Shown here: positions 25,445 through 39,450 of the stretch, one piece after another
Numbering within the stretch: position 1 is the first letter of the stretch
How the letters are laid out: every line of letters starts with the position of its first letter
Assembly (NCBI GenBank): GCA_036172245.1
Contig: JAYWIR010000002.1
Location: forward strand, 6,510,001 to 6,574,000
Length of the DNA stretch: 64,000 nucleotides
Direction of reading: 5' to 3'
Source of the DNA: Raillietiella orientalis
Lineage: Eukaryota
Translations under genes and position numbers: made by a program
Notes under the pieces: generated by a model
Told to the model about the DNA's origin: nothing
The model's input: the letters and a program-made list of their open reading frames with translations, nothing else
Database searches by the model: none

Positions 25445-28400
25445 ACACTGTGGCTGCTTGATCTTTCTCAAGATGGCAGCAGGGCCAACGAATGTGTCCG
25501 TCTCGAAGGTACATCAGATTTTCAGAACCACGAACTCCAAATCTTTGAAGCCGAGCGTTTCATAACTCTCAGAAATGGTCGGCATAATCTTATGAAACTG
25601 CGATTTGTGAAGATCTGAATTTCGGAGGGTCACTATTTCATGCCTGGCACGCAGGTTTTCCGCCAGCCAGTTCTCCGAATAGGCAGATGGAACTCTGGAA
25701 CTCTTCCGGTGAGTGTCTCTCCATCGGAACGATCGAAACACAATTCCCTCTCATTTTGCGAGGATTCCCAGAACACCTGCGGTTCATAGTTGCCACAGTC
25801 CTCCTGAGCTGCATTCTTTTAACCAGGAAAAACCCCGTTCAAGCACTGCATTCCATTAGTGATTCTGATTTCGGCTCCTTAAAGACGTGAGCGTTTCTGG
25901 GGAAGGAAGTCGACGAGCCAATCAGGGTTCGGCGCTGTGTGACCACCGTGCCTTATAGAAGTCTCATGAAGTAATGGATGTTAAAGAGAGTATCAGAATT
26001 GTCGGTCCGGAACGTAAATTCCGAAGTCGGTTTGCTTATCTTGACGAAAACCCTGGACAGAGCTCCGCTTCCATCTCAATATCCCATCCTGGAACAGAAG
26101 GGGGGAACAAATACTCCCAGAACGCCGCTTGAGGTTTGACGGTGAAGATCGAAAATAACGGAAATTCGGACATCCGCGCAGTCCGACAGTGTTACAAGGA
26201 GATTTCAGTGGATCGGCGCGCGGTCGTCCTTTCGAGGAAAGTCCTCGGAGAGAGGACCCACAGAGATCCATGCGGAGAAAAAAAAAGGCAAAAGTGAGTC
26301 GACGCATTTTTTGTTCTGCTGTTTCGGGGGCGCTAGGCGACGGCAAAGAGTTTCTCCACTTCTTCCTCGGTTCCGGGAAAGAGCAAAACCGACGTCGGGA
26401 AAAGGATAGGGTCCTGCCGTTGAAGCGACGAATGCCTCCTCACACATTTTGCATTCTTCCGCTGCAGAGGAGAGAACAGAGAATGCAGAACCTCTCCCGA
26501 ATCTTGCAAATGAGACAAAAAGAATGGGTGATCGTAAATTCCAAGTCGCATCCAGGTTTTCCAGTCAGGTGCCCCCAGGGAACAGCTGCAGATTTGCCAA
26601 AGTGATATTTGTTTGTAATTGCAAGCGCTACACGTCTCCTTTCGCCCGACGACACTCATCCGACCTCATTAGGGTTTATCTCCTCTCGTCTTAAGCGTTA
26701 TCACGTGTTTGTCGTGATGCCGCACTAAGCGAATTTCGCATATACGTGTACATTCCATCTGCCCGCTGACCCATCTGAAGAGCAGTCTCGAGAGACCGTC
26801 CAAGTAGGATAGCGGAATTCTTGCGCTTTATTCCAAAGGGAAATTTTCGCCTTGCTATTTTTGACTTGAATAAATAATTGCGAGTAACGACAAGGCAACC
26901 ATGGAAACGAATCGCAGATAAATGAGTGAAATGGACGGTGATGACACGAGTATGGCGAGTTTTGCTCCTTCCTTTCGAATGGCTCGGTTTGAGTGCACCC
27001 GATCACATGGAAATGACACCCGAATTAGCCGTTTTCGGTAAAGCTGATCATGCTGCGGTGTCATGGAAACCGAGAATCACTTCCCGTTCCCGTTAGGCAG
27101 CCATTTCCAGTTGCCCCGATGTCCAAAGAAGATTGCTGGAGCGATTCCTCGGCTGTCTTAGAGGAATTGCACGTTGAAAGTGCTCACCAGTGCGGAGGTT
27201 CTCGAATGCTCGCAGTCAGCATTCGACTGTTCCGCTCGCTGTTAACCACGAAGAGTTCATCCCGATTGGTCCATCCCTCACCCCAAGTATGAAGTCATCT
27301 CTTCTGCAGGCCTTTTCGCCTTTTCCTTTTGTATCCACCACCGACTGCTGCTCTGGTTTCTGCAGGCGGACCCAAAAACCGACCCAAAAACCCCGATCTT
27401 CTTTTGGAACAACGTCCAAAGGAAGCTCTCGAAATTCTAGATTACCACCTTCGGATCTAGAAGGGGAAAAAAGATGCGTTCGCCACCGCCCGACTTGCGT
27501 GCTCACACACACAGAATCTCAAAGGTTGCAACCAGGTTACTTTTAAACGGGAATTGTCTGTCAAAGCTTTCGAGTGTCATGCGCATCTCCTTATATGAAA
27601 TTCCAGATTTCAGGATGACGAAGCAGGCCACGGTTAGTCAATCACTCGAGGTCTGATTGGCTCGGTTTGTTCGCTTGTTTGCTTTCAGCCGGGATGTCGG
27701 GAAGTGAATGCGCCTACTGGAGCCATCGATCAAAGCACAGGACGCTGTCCCCAGACGTCCTTCCCCGGCGTCTTTTGTTTCCATCCGCTTGGAAAGCAGC
27801 GCGGTACGAAGTCGCTCTCAGTTGCTCCTCGCCTCGGAAGACCATCCCTCCCCTGCACCGACGTCAGTTCGCAGCTTCTCCTGCTTGCACAAATCACCTG
27901 CATCGTGTTTCTGTCTTCGCTCCCGATGAGCGGGATACGAACCGATCGGGTCGGAACGGTCTGAGCTTTCCAGCGCGCGCACGATCCCTTCGACGAGTCC
28001 TACTTTCAGGATGCGGCAAACCCAGTTGCTCCCTACAGCAACCATGTCATGACGGATGAGTTGGCGACGAGTGCACAAGAAGACCAAGCTGGATAAATCA
28101 AGGAAATCGTCAGCAGTCTTTATGCGTGCTTTTCGCGCACCTATTTTGCAGCATCGCAGAGAATCACCCGTTCTCAACCCTTCTCACATCTACACGATCC
28201 TGCGAGCCGGAAGCAGAGCGGGAGAAACTCCATGAAATTTCCCAGGAATTGTTCGATCATTCCATTCCGTGCTGGTGGTTCCGAAACTGAGATTAAGATT
28301 CCGCGGACACCACGGAACACTTTGGAAAAATTTCAAAGTCCGTGGACTCGGTGGCTTTTGAGCCGAGAGTCCCGTAGAGCTGAATCTGCGGAAATGGACC

Positions 28401-29559
28401 GGCCGCCCCCAAGACCTCGAAGGCAGACCGTTCCAGTACTCTGCAAACCAGCGAACGAGGCGGAGGTTCGATCCCTGCGAACAAAGAGAGAGCTGTGCCA
28501 CTTTGGGGAATCCGGAAGGAAGTAGACCATGCATGACAGACGTCCCTACGAGAATCCTGAAGCTCTTGGAGCTGCTTGTAGGTCTCTTTCAAAAGGATGA
28601 TGTTTTGAACGCTTCCAGAGCTGCGCTTGAATGAAGCAAAGATCATTTTGATATTGTACGCTCGTAATGCTTGCCTTCGAAAAAGATGCTAAGGTGAGCG
28701 ATGGCTGGGAATATCTTTAGAAGAAGAGGAAGAAAAAAAAGGTGGCAGTCCAATAGCAGGGCAATTGGCACTGCCAGGTTTACCTGATGTCTGGATGTCT
28801 AGCGACTTTTGGAGGGAATTTTCTGAGACCTCATTCGCTTGCACAGAATCCTTGCACACACTCATCAGTGACCTTTGGTGAACACAAAGGAAACAAATTT
28901 GGGAGTTGAAAGCAAAAGACGGAATTAACAGTCGGCCTCTCAGGAGCACCTGCAATGGAAACCGAGAAATCGCGCGAATGTGAATGTGAATTTCGTCCAG
29001 AAAGGAAGGGAAGAATCCATAATAAAATTTGTTCAATGATTTCTGTTGAAAAGAACTGTGACGCGCGATTAGTATTAGGAAATGCCAGTGATGGAGCATC
29101 TGGCGACAAAACAGAGTCACTCGAGAATGGAGTCGGATGTTTTCGAGTTCATACATGTCCCGGCTTCATGCATCTCACGTACCCGGAGATTCAGTGAACA
29201 TTCTACATTGGAGGCTGAGGTGACCTCACTTATGGAAACTCAGCCCGTCTTTCATCTCGCTCCCACTGCTCGAAATTGCGCAATTAGAAGAGGACTAGAT
29301 GGAAGTGAACACGATTGAGAAGACGCCAGCATCTGAGATTCCCAGCCGCACCACAAGATCCACCACATCCATGCTACTCCGCTTTTGCGCAGGATCAACT
29401 AAATTGCCGTCTGTCTAAGGGCAGACGGAATAAATTGTTTCAAATGTGACCCTTTTAATTATCACAATTCATACGTTCGCTTCCATCTAATTAGCAGGGT
29501 TTCCAATCAACACTTTCATGGAGGAAATCGTTTCAAAATCGTGGGGCACGAATGGCCGG

Positions 29560-32500
29560 AAATGGACATTTAAAACCACACCTCGGATGAATTGCCTTCT
29601 CTCAAACAAAATGATAGGGCCACAGCACAAACACTATGGACACAATGAGCTGTCAACAGGGAACGAGATCCTCATCAGGTTTGCCTCGGTGGCTATCGGA
29701 AGGTGATTTCGAAATCACCTCCGAGATTGCCACCTGGTGGCTGGTGGGGGAAAAGTGCGTTCCAGCTAGGGCTCTAAGGAAACGGGATGCGGAGCTCCGA
29801 GCACAAGAGAAAGCAGAACCTCGCAATTCTCGAGCGTCCGATCGGAACAAATAGCTTCCTGAGTCGATTTGAAAAAGGATATTCCGATCTGGAGGTCCGC
29901 TTCCATGGACCACGTCGTCCAGATTACCAGCAGGCACACCAGTCTACGGGTGGTGGTGTCGAGTTTTCCGGTAACTTCATGTCAGCAGAAGTTCCAGGTC
30001 TGAAACCGGAAAAGGGAGTTGGTAACACGGGAAAAAAAAAAACTGGCATCTCCCAGGTCTCAGATTCCACTTCCGAACTTCCCAGTCTCCAGAAGTCTCC
30101 AAAGGTGGGAAGCACCTTTCAGAGATGCTTTATCGACTTTGAGGAAGGGGACGATAAACCTGGTCCAGACCAGGTTGCAGCAGGACCTTGCCTCGGCACG
30201 CACAAGGCAGAGAGGGGACTTGGCGAGAAAGGGTTGAGCATCCATCCTCGAGTAGCTGCAAGAGTTTGACAGCAAAGCTATGTCTCCTTCCGGGCGTTGA
30301 TTCGAGCGAAAAGACATTGAGGGGACAGCCCTGCCTGAGGTCAACTTCTCTCATTCCGTCACTGAACGCTGCTGGCGAGGAGTTGGGCGCGATGTGACAC
30401 GATAAGAACAGGATCCCTCCCGTTCGTCGTGAGAAAAACGGCGCTTGGTAGACTCCGCAGGGACGGAAGACGAGCCAGGGAGGGCGCGTCCCGCCGGCGG
30501 CAGCTGGGCGCCCTCGCCTCGAAAGCGTGTGATCGCAAGAGTTCAACCAAGGAGGAGGAGGAATTTGCATCCGTCATTCGTGAGATGAACCCGAATGCCG
30601 CGCTGTTTTTGCAAAGGCTTGGGCGATCCTTTCCTACTTTCCAAAAGCTACTGGAAGCCCACCAACTCGGGAACGTAACCCGAAACGTCTTCATCACGAA
30701 GAGAGAAGCCTTCATGTGTTTCCCTCGGAGCTTTCGTTCCAGAGAGCGAGATGAGCGTGGGACGAGATCCAGAGACCTGAGCATCCGGAAGCTTCAAGAA
30801 CAGTACGACTTTTGATGAATTTCCAGAACGTGCTGAAGAACTGCTTAGAGCGAAACCGTGGAACTTCGCAATGGAGAGATAATGACTTCGAGTTCCCCTG
30901 GAGGGGGAAACCTGCCGCTTCTCATCTCAAATCTTCGGCACTGAATCCCAATATTCAATCTCTCTTAGCGTGTGGATTCGATCCAAAGCGCCTCCGATGC
31001 GCCACCCGATTCTTCATTCTTCATTCCCATCATCCTGCTCTCGGCATCAGCACGCCTGCAATTCTTTTTTCTCCTTAGTGCATGTATTTTGTAAATTTTC
31101 CCGGTCCTTCACACTGATCTTCTTGCGACTTAAAAAGCTTCGATGGTGTTTGTCAGATCACCTTCGTGGATACTGTAGCATTGACCAGAGGCATCGGGTG
31201 GTCGTTCCGGTTCGTTTCGAGCTCAACTTCTGTTCACAGGGACGAAAACACCCCCTACAACGGGTCAAAACCTGACTGATTCCAGCTGCCCTGTCAGGTA
31301 TGACGGAATTTCACAGGCGCACCAGCTCTTCTGGAGTGCCGGCGTCTCGGAACCATATTTGCAGCACCTGCATTGCTCATTGGATTTCCATGGAGATCCC
31401 CCATGAAGTTGATTCGGAGCATCCAACTCGGTTCCATGGTTTCCAAACTTAGCCCTTTCTACGTTTCAGCACAAGAACTCTAGGCGATGCGGCTGCGGAC
31501 GCCGCATGCTCATCCAGATACTTCCCTGGCCCTGGAACCGTGCTTGGAGTCCGTTCATCCCGATTTCTGTCGACATGTGATTAAGAAGTTCTTCAGTTCG
31601 ATATTTGAACCTAAGGTGTTCCGGCGGATGTATGACTTGATTCCACTTTTGGATGGCACGCAGTGCTGCGAGGAGATAAGATGCTGCGTGGATTTTCCCC
31701 GTTCTTTGTGATCAGTGCGACGGATGGCTTCTTGAGTGAGAATTGACTCGTACATCCAGCTTTCTCCGCTTCTCTCTAAGAGCCATGTAGATTGCTCAGA
31801 TCTCTGTTTTTTTGCATAGCCTGTGGGCTTTTCTTCCTTTCACGGAAGCACAGCACCCTTTCTTTAGAATTTTCCTCTGCCGATGGCTTATCATTCTTGG
31901 TTAGTAAAATTCTCCTTTGCCCGACTCTGAAGTGGTCTGCCCTTTTGCCAGAGTTCTTCGTGTCCGCACCCTGCATCCATCTCTCCCACAGTTTCTGTTT
32001 CAATCTGTTTTTAGATTCGCAGCCCTTCGTGGAAACCGTTGGCTCCGCCACGAAATGGATCATCGCATGCGTCCCCGCACAGCCACTCCGCCGGGGCCAT
32101 CCGCCATTAAAGTTTGTAAAACTTTCGCCCGCAGGTCTTCGCGTGAGGAGCTTCGTGTTCCCGAGGAGCGACCGAGGAAACACGAGAATTCTTCTCACTC
32201 CTGTTGAGTGAAGCCTCCCGAGTGGAACAGCAGTTAGCTTTTGGCTACTCGACCGGCCACCATTTTTCATTTTCCCATCATCGGCCCCAAACGGCATCTT
32301 CCCCGAATCTCACACCTCCCTTTCATGTCTAAGAAGAAACCTCGTTCTAGAGGTTCTTCTCCCGTCCCCTTAGCCCGCCGTTGCCTTGCCACCGTAGCGT
32401 CCAATTCGAAACCACAGGGCGAGGCAGCTTCACCCGATGCATAGTCTTTCATCCACGCTACCAATTCGATAGCTCATTACTATGCTCCTTTAGCGCGCTC

Positions 32501-33100
32501 AAAATACCGCAGGAGCCGCTTGTCAACCGCACCGAAGCAGACCCTACCTTGCATCGCTCACGAGAAGATGTCTTTGAGCATCACTTGGGGAGAGTTTTCG
32601 CCAAATTCCCCATCACGTTCTTGCCTTACCACCACTTCTCCACTTTCCCAACTCTTACCGATTCAGGCATTATCTTTCCACGCAGACCATTGCATCCCAC
32701 GTACGCAGCCCTCCCCAAGTCAGCACCGCCCTGGCATGACAAACCCTGCAGTGGCCACCTCTAAGCTCGTAATACTCTCCACCGGAGAAAAAAGAAAGAC
32801 AGAAAAAAACCAAAAAAAAACAAAGTTTTCCAATTACGCTATTCTGCCGCCCTCCATCCTCCTCCAACAAAGTATGAGTTTTTGGTTTTTTTTTCCTTCC
32901 TCCCCCCCCCCCCCCCCCTATTCCGTGGACAGGCGGGCCTCTTCTACAGCAAGCACTTCCGGCCCGCTTCTCTTTCCTTTTCAAGTGCTCGGACTGCTTC
33001 GCATTTCTGTTCAAAGCGCAAGGAGATGGCAGCGTCTTCTGCTTGACACCTCCGTTTGCACAGCAAAGTGAAAATTTACGAGCTCGGTTTATAATTCAAT
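29560..33100 (-). pseudogene. LRR receptor-like protein pseudogene (LRRNT, many LRRs, C-cap)
   Basis: Colinear: 'CQAEDAAISLRF' and 'LQGLSCQ' (LRRNT), 'NGLRGKIMPES', 'FPRSLLGNTKLLT', 'LDAPNQLHGDL', 'LRSLDL', 'PSLCKNS', 'TLSRQVPSLPCACR', then 'SHRGKPD...C' (cap) and a hydrophobic stretch. Many stops and frameshifts. Confidence 0.55.
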
Positions 33101-33299
33101 TAGGTAAGCACATGCTAACAATAAAAATAATGACCATACATCAGAGGAAAATTCTGCCGCTTTGACAGATGTCAGGAGTACATAAAATTGGGGAGATTGA
33201 TGCATTGCATGCAGTTGCCCGGGATCGATTTATGGTGTGGGAGCAAGAAAAGTAGAAAATCCGGAAACTTGGCGCGTTCTGGCGGGATTCATTCTCACC

Positions 33300-34830
33300 C
33301 TCGAGGAATCAAGAGTGATTCAGGATCTTTCTGGGCTCGCGCGGTCAGCTTCCGTATCTTCATGACGCGCACCGCAAAGGTTTGAGACGAAGCCTCCTCA
33401 AGGAACGAGGGACTCCCTCGGTCCTGGACAGGACAGCTTTAAGAGAGCCTTTGTCACCGGTTTTGCACTGTACAGTGGAAAACGCTGTATTGGAGGTTCC
33501 AACAGACTGCAAGAGGCAAGCAGCATGGAGTTCTCTTCCAGAAGGATCTTTGGCAGATTTTGGAAGCCTCAGTTCTGCTAAGATGCCCAGGAAACCGAGT
33601 ACATGCATTTTTTCTGTATGCATGTATGCATATATATATATGCATATATATATATATACACATGTATATGTATGGAAGCTCGATGAATCGCCCTGAGCTT
33701 TTTCCGGGGAAAAGGTCCATTCAGGCACCATGCTATCCTCGTCACGAAAATTTGACGATGAGACTTTTTACAAAGGAGACATCACAGGGCTGCTCTTCGA
33801 ACACTCGTGATGGATGATGTCGCTGAATCTTTTGATCAGATGGGTATCTGGATCCTAAATTCGATTATCAGTCTTCCCTCGCGCATTTGTTCTTCTCGAC
33901 TCCATTATTCTCTTTATCACTCCTCTGTCGTGAAGGTGCAAGCAGCCTCGTTCTCCAGTGGTACAGAAAGCGGAGACTCATCGGCAGATTTCGCGTATTC
34001 ATCGAACTCCTTCCCGAGACCTCGTTCCAGAGCTCAACTGGATTCGCCCAATGCTCAAAAAAACCGAAAACCGAAATGAAAAATGGCTCCAACACATTAC
34101 GAGGTTCTTCGAGTTTTGAAAACACTTCACTGCGAGTATGTTCAAAGCAAAAAGAAAAGTCATCAATCATGGATTTCATGCGCAGCCATTTCACCCTGAC
34201 ATTTTTTATTTATTTATTTTTTTTTATTTTTTTTTGGCGAATAAAAGTCTCTCCTTAAAACAAGGAATTGGTACTGTTCGTACGAATCCAGAAGGAACGG
34301 TATGCGCGCGCATAAGTTACGCACTGTGCGCCGTTGGCTGCGTACGATGGCGTGGACACAGGCGGAGAAGATGCATCGGGTGGTTATGCTTTTCCTCCTG
34401 CCCTTGGATGAGACCAAACTCGATTTTCCGACGGAAGGATGGAAGGAACGCTGGAGACAGAAGAATCCTCTGGTTAGAAGCGCAAGAATTCGTCCTTAAA
34501 AAGATTCCTGCAGTCGAGTTGAAAAAAAGAGACGACCACCGTGAATTTTGCTGTACAAAAGAAGCCCGCAAGCAGCTCATATAGTTACGAAAACATCCGA
34601 AAAGAATGTACTGGAATGTTCTTGACGGAATCAATGTGCGAATTGCATTTCATGCTGTTCGCATCGCTATGAACGAGCAACGTAAACTGAACCTTCAGTT
34701 CTTGTCTGGGGGTTTCGGATGAAGGTCCCAACGCTCGACCAGATGCAAGTGCACTAAGAAGGCATGTACCAAAGCGTATCGCATCGTTGCTTCGGGAAGA
34801 AATTTCAGAAGCAGCATCCAGCAACACGGA
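33300..34830 (-). pseudogene. L-type lectin receptor kinase remnant
   Basis: 'SGRALGP...KVQFTL' and 'VVSLFQLD.RN' (lectin GRAxY..FxTxF; VAVEFDT), then 'EVFSKLEE', 'GKEFDE' and 'SVGTS...KTGDKGS' (kinase). Confidence 0.38.
33616..33673. repeat. Imperfect (TA)/(TGCA) microsatellite
   Basis: gtatgcatgtatgcatatatatatatgcatatatatatatacacatgtatatgtat. Confidence 0.9.
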
Positions 34831-36040
34831 GAGAACTCCTTCGAGAGTTCATGTCACTACACACCCCACAGCATCTGCGGGAAGTAATTTTTATCTGCTG
34901 ATACCAACCTTGTTGAAGACGTGGAAACCTCCCTCCCAAAAGATATGACAAGCATGGGATGTAAAAGCTCGTTACCACTGTAGCGTAGGAAAACCATCAG
35001 TGTCACAAAACTGCCTGAAAAATCCCGCTCCTCTCAAGATGTACTAATCTCATTGCATCTAGATAAATTTGAGCACATTTAGGCCATCAGTGCTCACTGC
35101 CGCAAGAAATTTCATAGCTGCTCCTGCCTGGGATGCGAACTGACTTTGCACCCACTCTTTCCGATTCCACACGTCAGAATTCATTCACGGAACGAATTTT
35201 CAAAATGGGTCTGGAATCGTCGCATATCGGTTGTAAAAAGTTTGAATTTGACACGCCCTATGAAGTCTTAGCTTCTTGCTCAAAGTTGCAGATTCGAGAC
35301 GGCGTCTTCTTAAGGAATGGGAAATTTCCTGGTCCCGGATGAGAGTTCTTCCCGCCTACAGGAGCGCCCTGTCACCAGTTTCGCTGAGTACGCTGTACCG
35401 TGGAAAAGTGATTCTCTATCGAAGAAAGTCTCAAAGTCAAAGGAAGGATGGGACTGGGCTCGGATCTGCGGTCTTCGGCGAAGTGCTAGTCGGTGTTCCT
35501 CGCGACTGATGCAAACGCAACTGATGGCACGACTGCTTCTCACGAGCCGGCTGGGTCCACGGGAGCTTGGCGCGATGCTCGACTGAAGACAGCTGCTCCT
35601 TCACTTAGGAATCGCAACCAGCCGAGTTGTCGGATGCTGGATTTTCGGCATGGAATGAAACTCGTGGCAAGATTGTCCAAACCCGGAAGCGAAATAGCGC
35701 GTACTCGACCTCAAGGTATTTGATCTCCGGAGCTGCCTGTAACCATCTTCAATATGCATCGCTCCACGCTGTGCTCGAGACAAAGGTGGCCAACAGCACT
35801 GTTTGGATAGTTTCGTGCTCTTATTCCGTCGGTATTATATTAAGCATCCGCTGAGGCCACCACTTGATTGAAATCACTTGAGTGATAGCCTTAATCAATG
35901 CTTGCGGTAGAAGGACTTCTTTTGCGAACACTTAGGGTGTTGCGAGTGAACTGGAGACAGGTACGAATGCGACTGCAATCGAGCTCACCTAAAGAGGACG
36001 TTCAGCAACCTATCAAAGTCGAAAATGAAACATGGATTCA

Positions 36041-36111
36041 ATAACAAGAGGAGCAGAATTTCCTCCAGCGTGAGGAATACGCTCTGGAGGAAATTCTGCT
36101 CCTCTTGTTAT
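36041..36111. repeat. Perfect inverted repeat, 28-bp arms, 15-nt loop
   Basis: ATAACAAGAGGAGCAGAATTTCCTCCAG (36041-36068) is the exact reverse complement of 36084-36111. Confidence 0.97.
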
Positions 36112-36539
36112 GTTCCTGTTTTGCATTTCAGTCCTTTCATCCATCAAAAAAAAGACCACTATCACTGCAATCCACCGCGATGAGAATTTTCGCTATGCCT
36201 TTATTCGATTTGAATGGGAATCTTTATTTGATGAATTACATCATTGATAAATGACTTCCTACTCTGGAGCTCCAAACAATCACGGAACACAATTAACGAC
36301 AGAGAGAGATTCCTGTTTCCATTAAGTTCCGCCTCCAATCATTGGGCTTTTTTTTTTTTTTTTTTTCCTTTCTTCTTCCTTCCTTTCCCCCCGTCTCACT
36401 TCATCAGCGCTGCTTTTCTACATCGTACCAGTAGAGTAATGCATTCTCGAGAGAGGAACGGTTTCCACTCCACTCTCCACAGAACAGCATGATCTAATTA
36501 ATACCTCCTGTTGTGCCTGCGACCTCTGCAGTAGCACTT

Positions 36540-37540
36540 TTCAAGGCTGTTTGCAAGTCCGATGAAACCACACAATGGTGTCCTCTCTGTGCTGGGATGC
36601 TGTGGCACTGGCGACTCCTCGAATCAGGACTTGTCGGCTGCGCTCCTGGTCCTCAAGGTCGGAAGGAAGCACGGTTCCCATCGACAAGTTGCAAATACAG
36701 CAGACGCCCGTATGACGCACATTCGTATAAAGCGACGAAAAAAAAATGCCGGCAGCCCCTCGCACGACACGGTCAGTCATCCCTGGGCGACGCTGTCAAT
36801 AAATTTCAATCCCATGTTGGTCCAGCTGCGTCCAAACAGAATGTGAACACATGGTTCAGGTAGATAGAATTCTATTTCATTCAAAATTTAAATGGCGCCA
36901 GAAGATGCATTTTCCAGAGACGGGAGCGATAGAGCAGAATCTATAGAATTGTCTAGATCGAACATCAGGAAAACTCTAAGAGCCTTTATTATTTTTTCTT
37001 CTATTTAAGTGAAAAATTAAAAAGAAAGGTTTGTTCTCCTTTCTTTTAAAGTGAAATGAAGGTTTGAATATTCTACTGCTCCAACGTTAAAGATAAAATC
37101 TTCGTCCTTTGTAAATATTCTCAGTGCTTTCCAAGTGTGACTCTTACGACTCGTATAAGGCGGATTCGTACAACGCAGAATGTATCCTTGGCGTTACAAG
37201 GGAGTCTACCCTGTACCGTACGACGCTCAGCTTCACCACAGCTCACTTTTTCCTGGAGTGAGGAATGTCAAACTTTAGGGCCTCCGTGGCCTGCGAACCA
37301 ACTATGAGCTCGTCGCCTGGTGACGTTCTGGCTATCTTGCTTTGGTCTAAGCGAATCGGCTTGTCGTGTCTGGATTCCGAATCGTTGCCTTGGAAGAAAT
37401 CCGCTCTCCAGGAATAGGGTGAAAACTTTTGTGAAGAAATAGGTCAGCAAACGCAGTGTGTGCCCAAGTTCACACGGAGCAAACAGAGTATCGAGTCGAC
37501 TGTGCCACGGCCCGTTAACAGCAGACGTAGGCGGAGATTC
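36540..37540 (-). pseudogene. F-box/kelch-like remnant
   Basis: 'SLTFL', 'FCVV-NP' and frameshifted 'IEIY-DSVAQG*' (TEIYDS...W) in order. Confidence 0.3.
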
Positions 37541-38879
37541 CAATGAGTCAGTGCGCCTCTGTGCCTAAACTCTAATCTGGCGGATTTCGAGATTGAAGGA
37601 TGCTGATGCAGGGAATCTCTTCATCCGTCTCCAAGACGGAAAATCAGCCTGTAATGAAGGTTGGCAAGGCAGTTGGCGGTATGGAAGACACTGCGGAAGT
37701 GGATTTCGATAAACGGAAGAAGTCGCGCCGCACGGAAAGGGTTCACGGAAATTCGTGAACTGAGATGAATGCTGAAGGAAGCGGCCACGCGCGCTGCTCA
37801 GTGTTTAGCATTTGGCCATTCGCACGAGCGAAGACGGATTCTGCGTGTCTCTTGGGATCGTTGCATGTGCAGTGCGCGTAAGAGCAGACAGAGAGTGAAA
37901 GTGAATTATGGAGCTCGTGACCACGGGCATAGATGCGAGAATGAGAAACTGGATCACTTTAAGGCGCCCAGTGAACCATGGAAAGCAATCCAGAATCTTC
38001 AGGTGACGATGGATCTTTCCTTGTTCGGAGGAGGATTTTCGAATGGGCACATTACCGCGAGGGCACAGCTAAGTGAAAAGAAAACAAATGAATGCAGTGG
38101 AAAGTGGACGCGGGCCATTGGATTCCGTGAAAATGAAGGCGCTTCAAGATGCGAGAAGATGGGCCTCAGAAATCATTCATGGATTCGCACTGCAACGCGT
38201 ACACTAAATAATGATCGGATGAAATAAAGGTACTTTCCTCATCCATCACCGTATTTTTCTTTCCTTCTTATCACTCCCAATGGACTCACAGTGCCCAGAT
38301 AACTGATGTTCGCGGAGGGAGAAACCGGATCGAAACGTGAAAGTTCTCGAAGATGTCAAGCGTTCCTGGGATCGCGGACAGTGAATTTGCCAGGCCAGCT
38401 TATTCAAAACGCCGAGTGACGGACCCCGGGTCTCTTTCGTGCATCCATGACGTTCCAGGAAGCAAAGTATTGGGGTGAGTCAGTTGCGAGCAGACAGGGA
38501 TCGTAGGGTCATGCACGCCGCCTATTTGAAAATCACTCCTTTCGGATCTCGGACTCGAAGGAAGGGAAACTCATCCCGCGAAGTTCCACGGTGCCCATCG
38601 GATCACCTCGAAGATATTTTTCTTGCGAACCAAGAAAAGCGACCACTTCTCATTTAGGCAAGTGCCTTCGTCGTCTGCGCGAAAGGGATGGTCCATAGGA
38701 GTTATTGTCCCTCCGTGTCGAGCATCCCCTCGCCTCACGCGCTTCCCCTCGACGGAATTAAGTGGATTTCTTGCCGTGTTGGATAAGGGCTTCATGTGAG
38801 TATTCATAGTAACAGTGCCATCACGAAAACCCATAAAATGCGGGATTCAATTCAATTCGGGATGTTGCTACTTAACCCC

Positions 38880-39450
38880 CTCAGATGACTTCACAAAGCA
38901 ACAGACCGTTTCGTGAAAAAGTTTTCAAGGTCGATTTGAAGATCCGCCCGTAATGTGATGGCAGTTTCCAAGTGTTCCATGGGTTTTGTCCCGTGGCATT
39001 TTCCCCAAGGTGTTCGGGTTTGCATGTAAGAGTGCATCTTGAACATCTTCCTGCTTGTTCACCGTTGTTTTTTCCTTCTTGAGATGCCACAGTCAAAAGG
39101 ATATATCACGCCATATGCACGAAAACTCCAGAGTGAATTTTCGAAGAAAGAGATCTTTCGCGGACAAGCTTTCCACTCTAGGAATTTCGAGGCACCTTAC
39201 TCGATGCTTCCACCATCTTCTCTGCTTCTCCTGATGTCCGTTTCCGAGCACCCACCACTCGTGCGCTTTCAAAGTATTCGGCTGACCGCCGGACCAGACT
39301 GCAACCAAGTGTGCATCTTTGCTTTGATGCAAAGATGCCGTCGCTATACGGGTTTACTCCTTTTGGTACGTAACATTGTTTGCATCCAGTGGTTTCTTCC
39401 TACCTACTCGCTCTGTCCACAGGGGCAACCGGTCCAGGATGACCGGGCAC
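38880..39450 (-). mobile_element. L1-type retrotransposon 3' remnant (zf-RVT region)
   Basis: 'CIWRDI' followed by 'GRCSRCTLTCKPEHLGE..NPWNTW' (GxCxRC..ETxEHL..C...W). Confidence 0.42.

Noticed and set aside
25990..28650. Additional F-box/kelch remnants
   Set aside because: Only faint echoes ('FRELPLDVVP', 'KKWRNSLP'), too weak to delimit.
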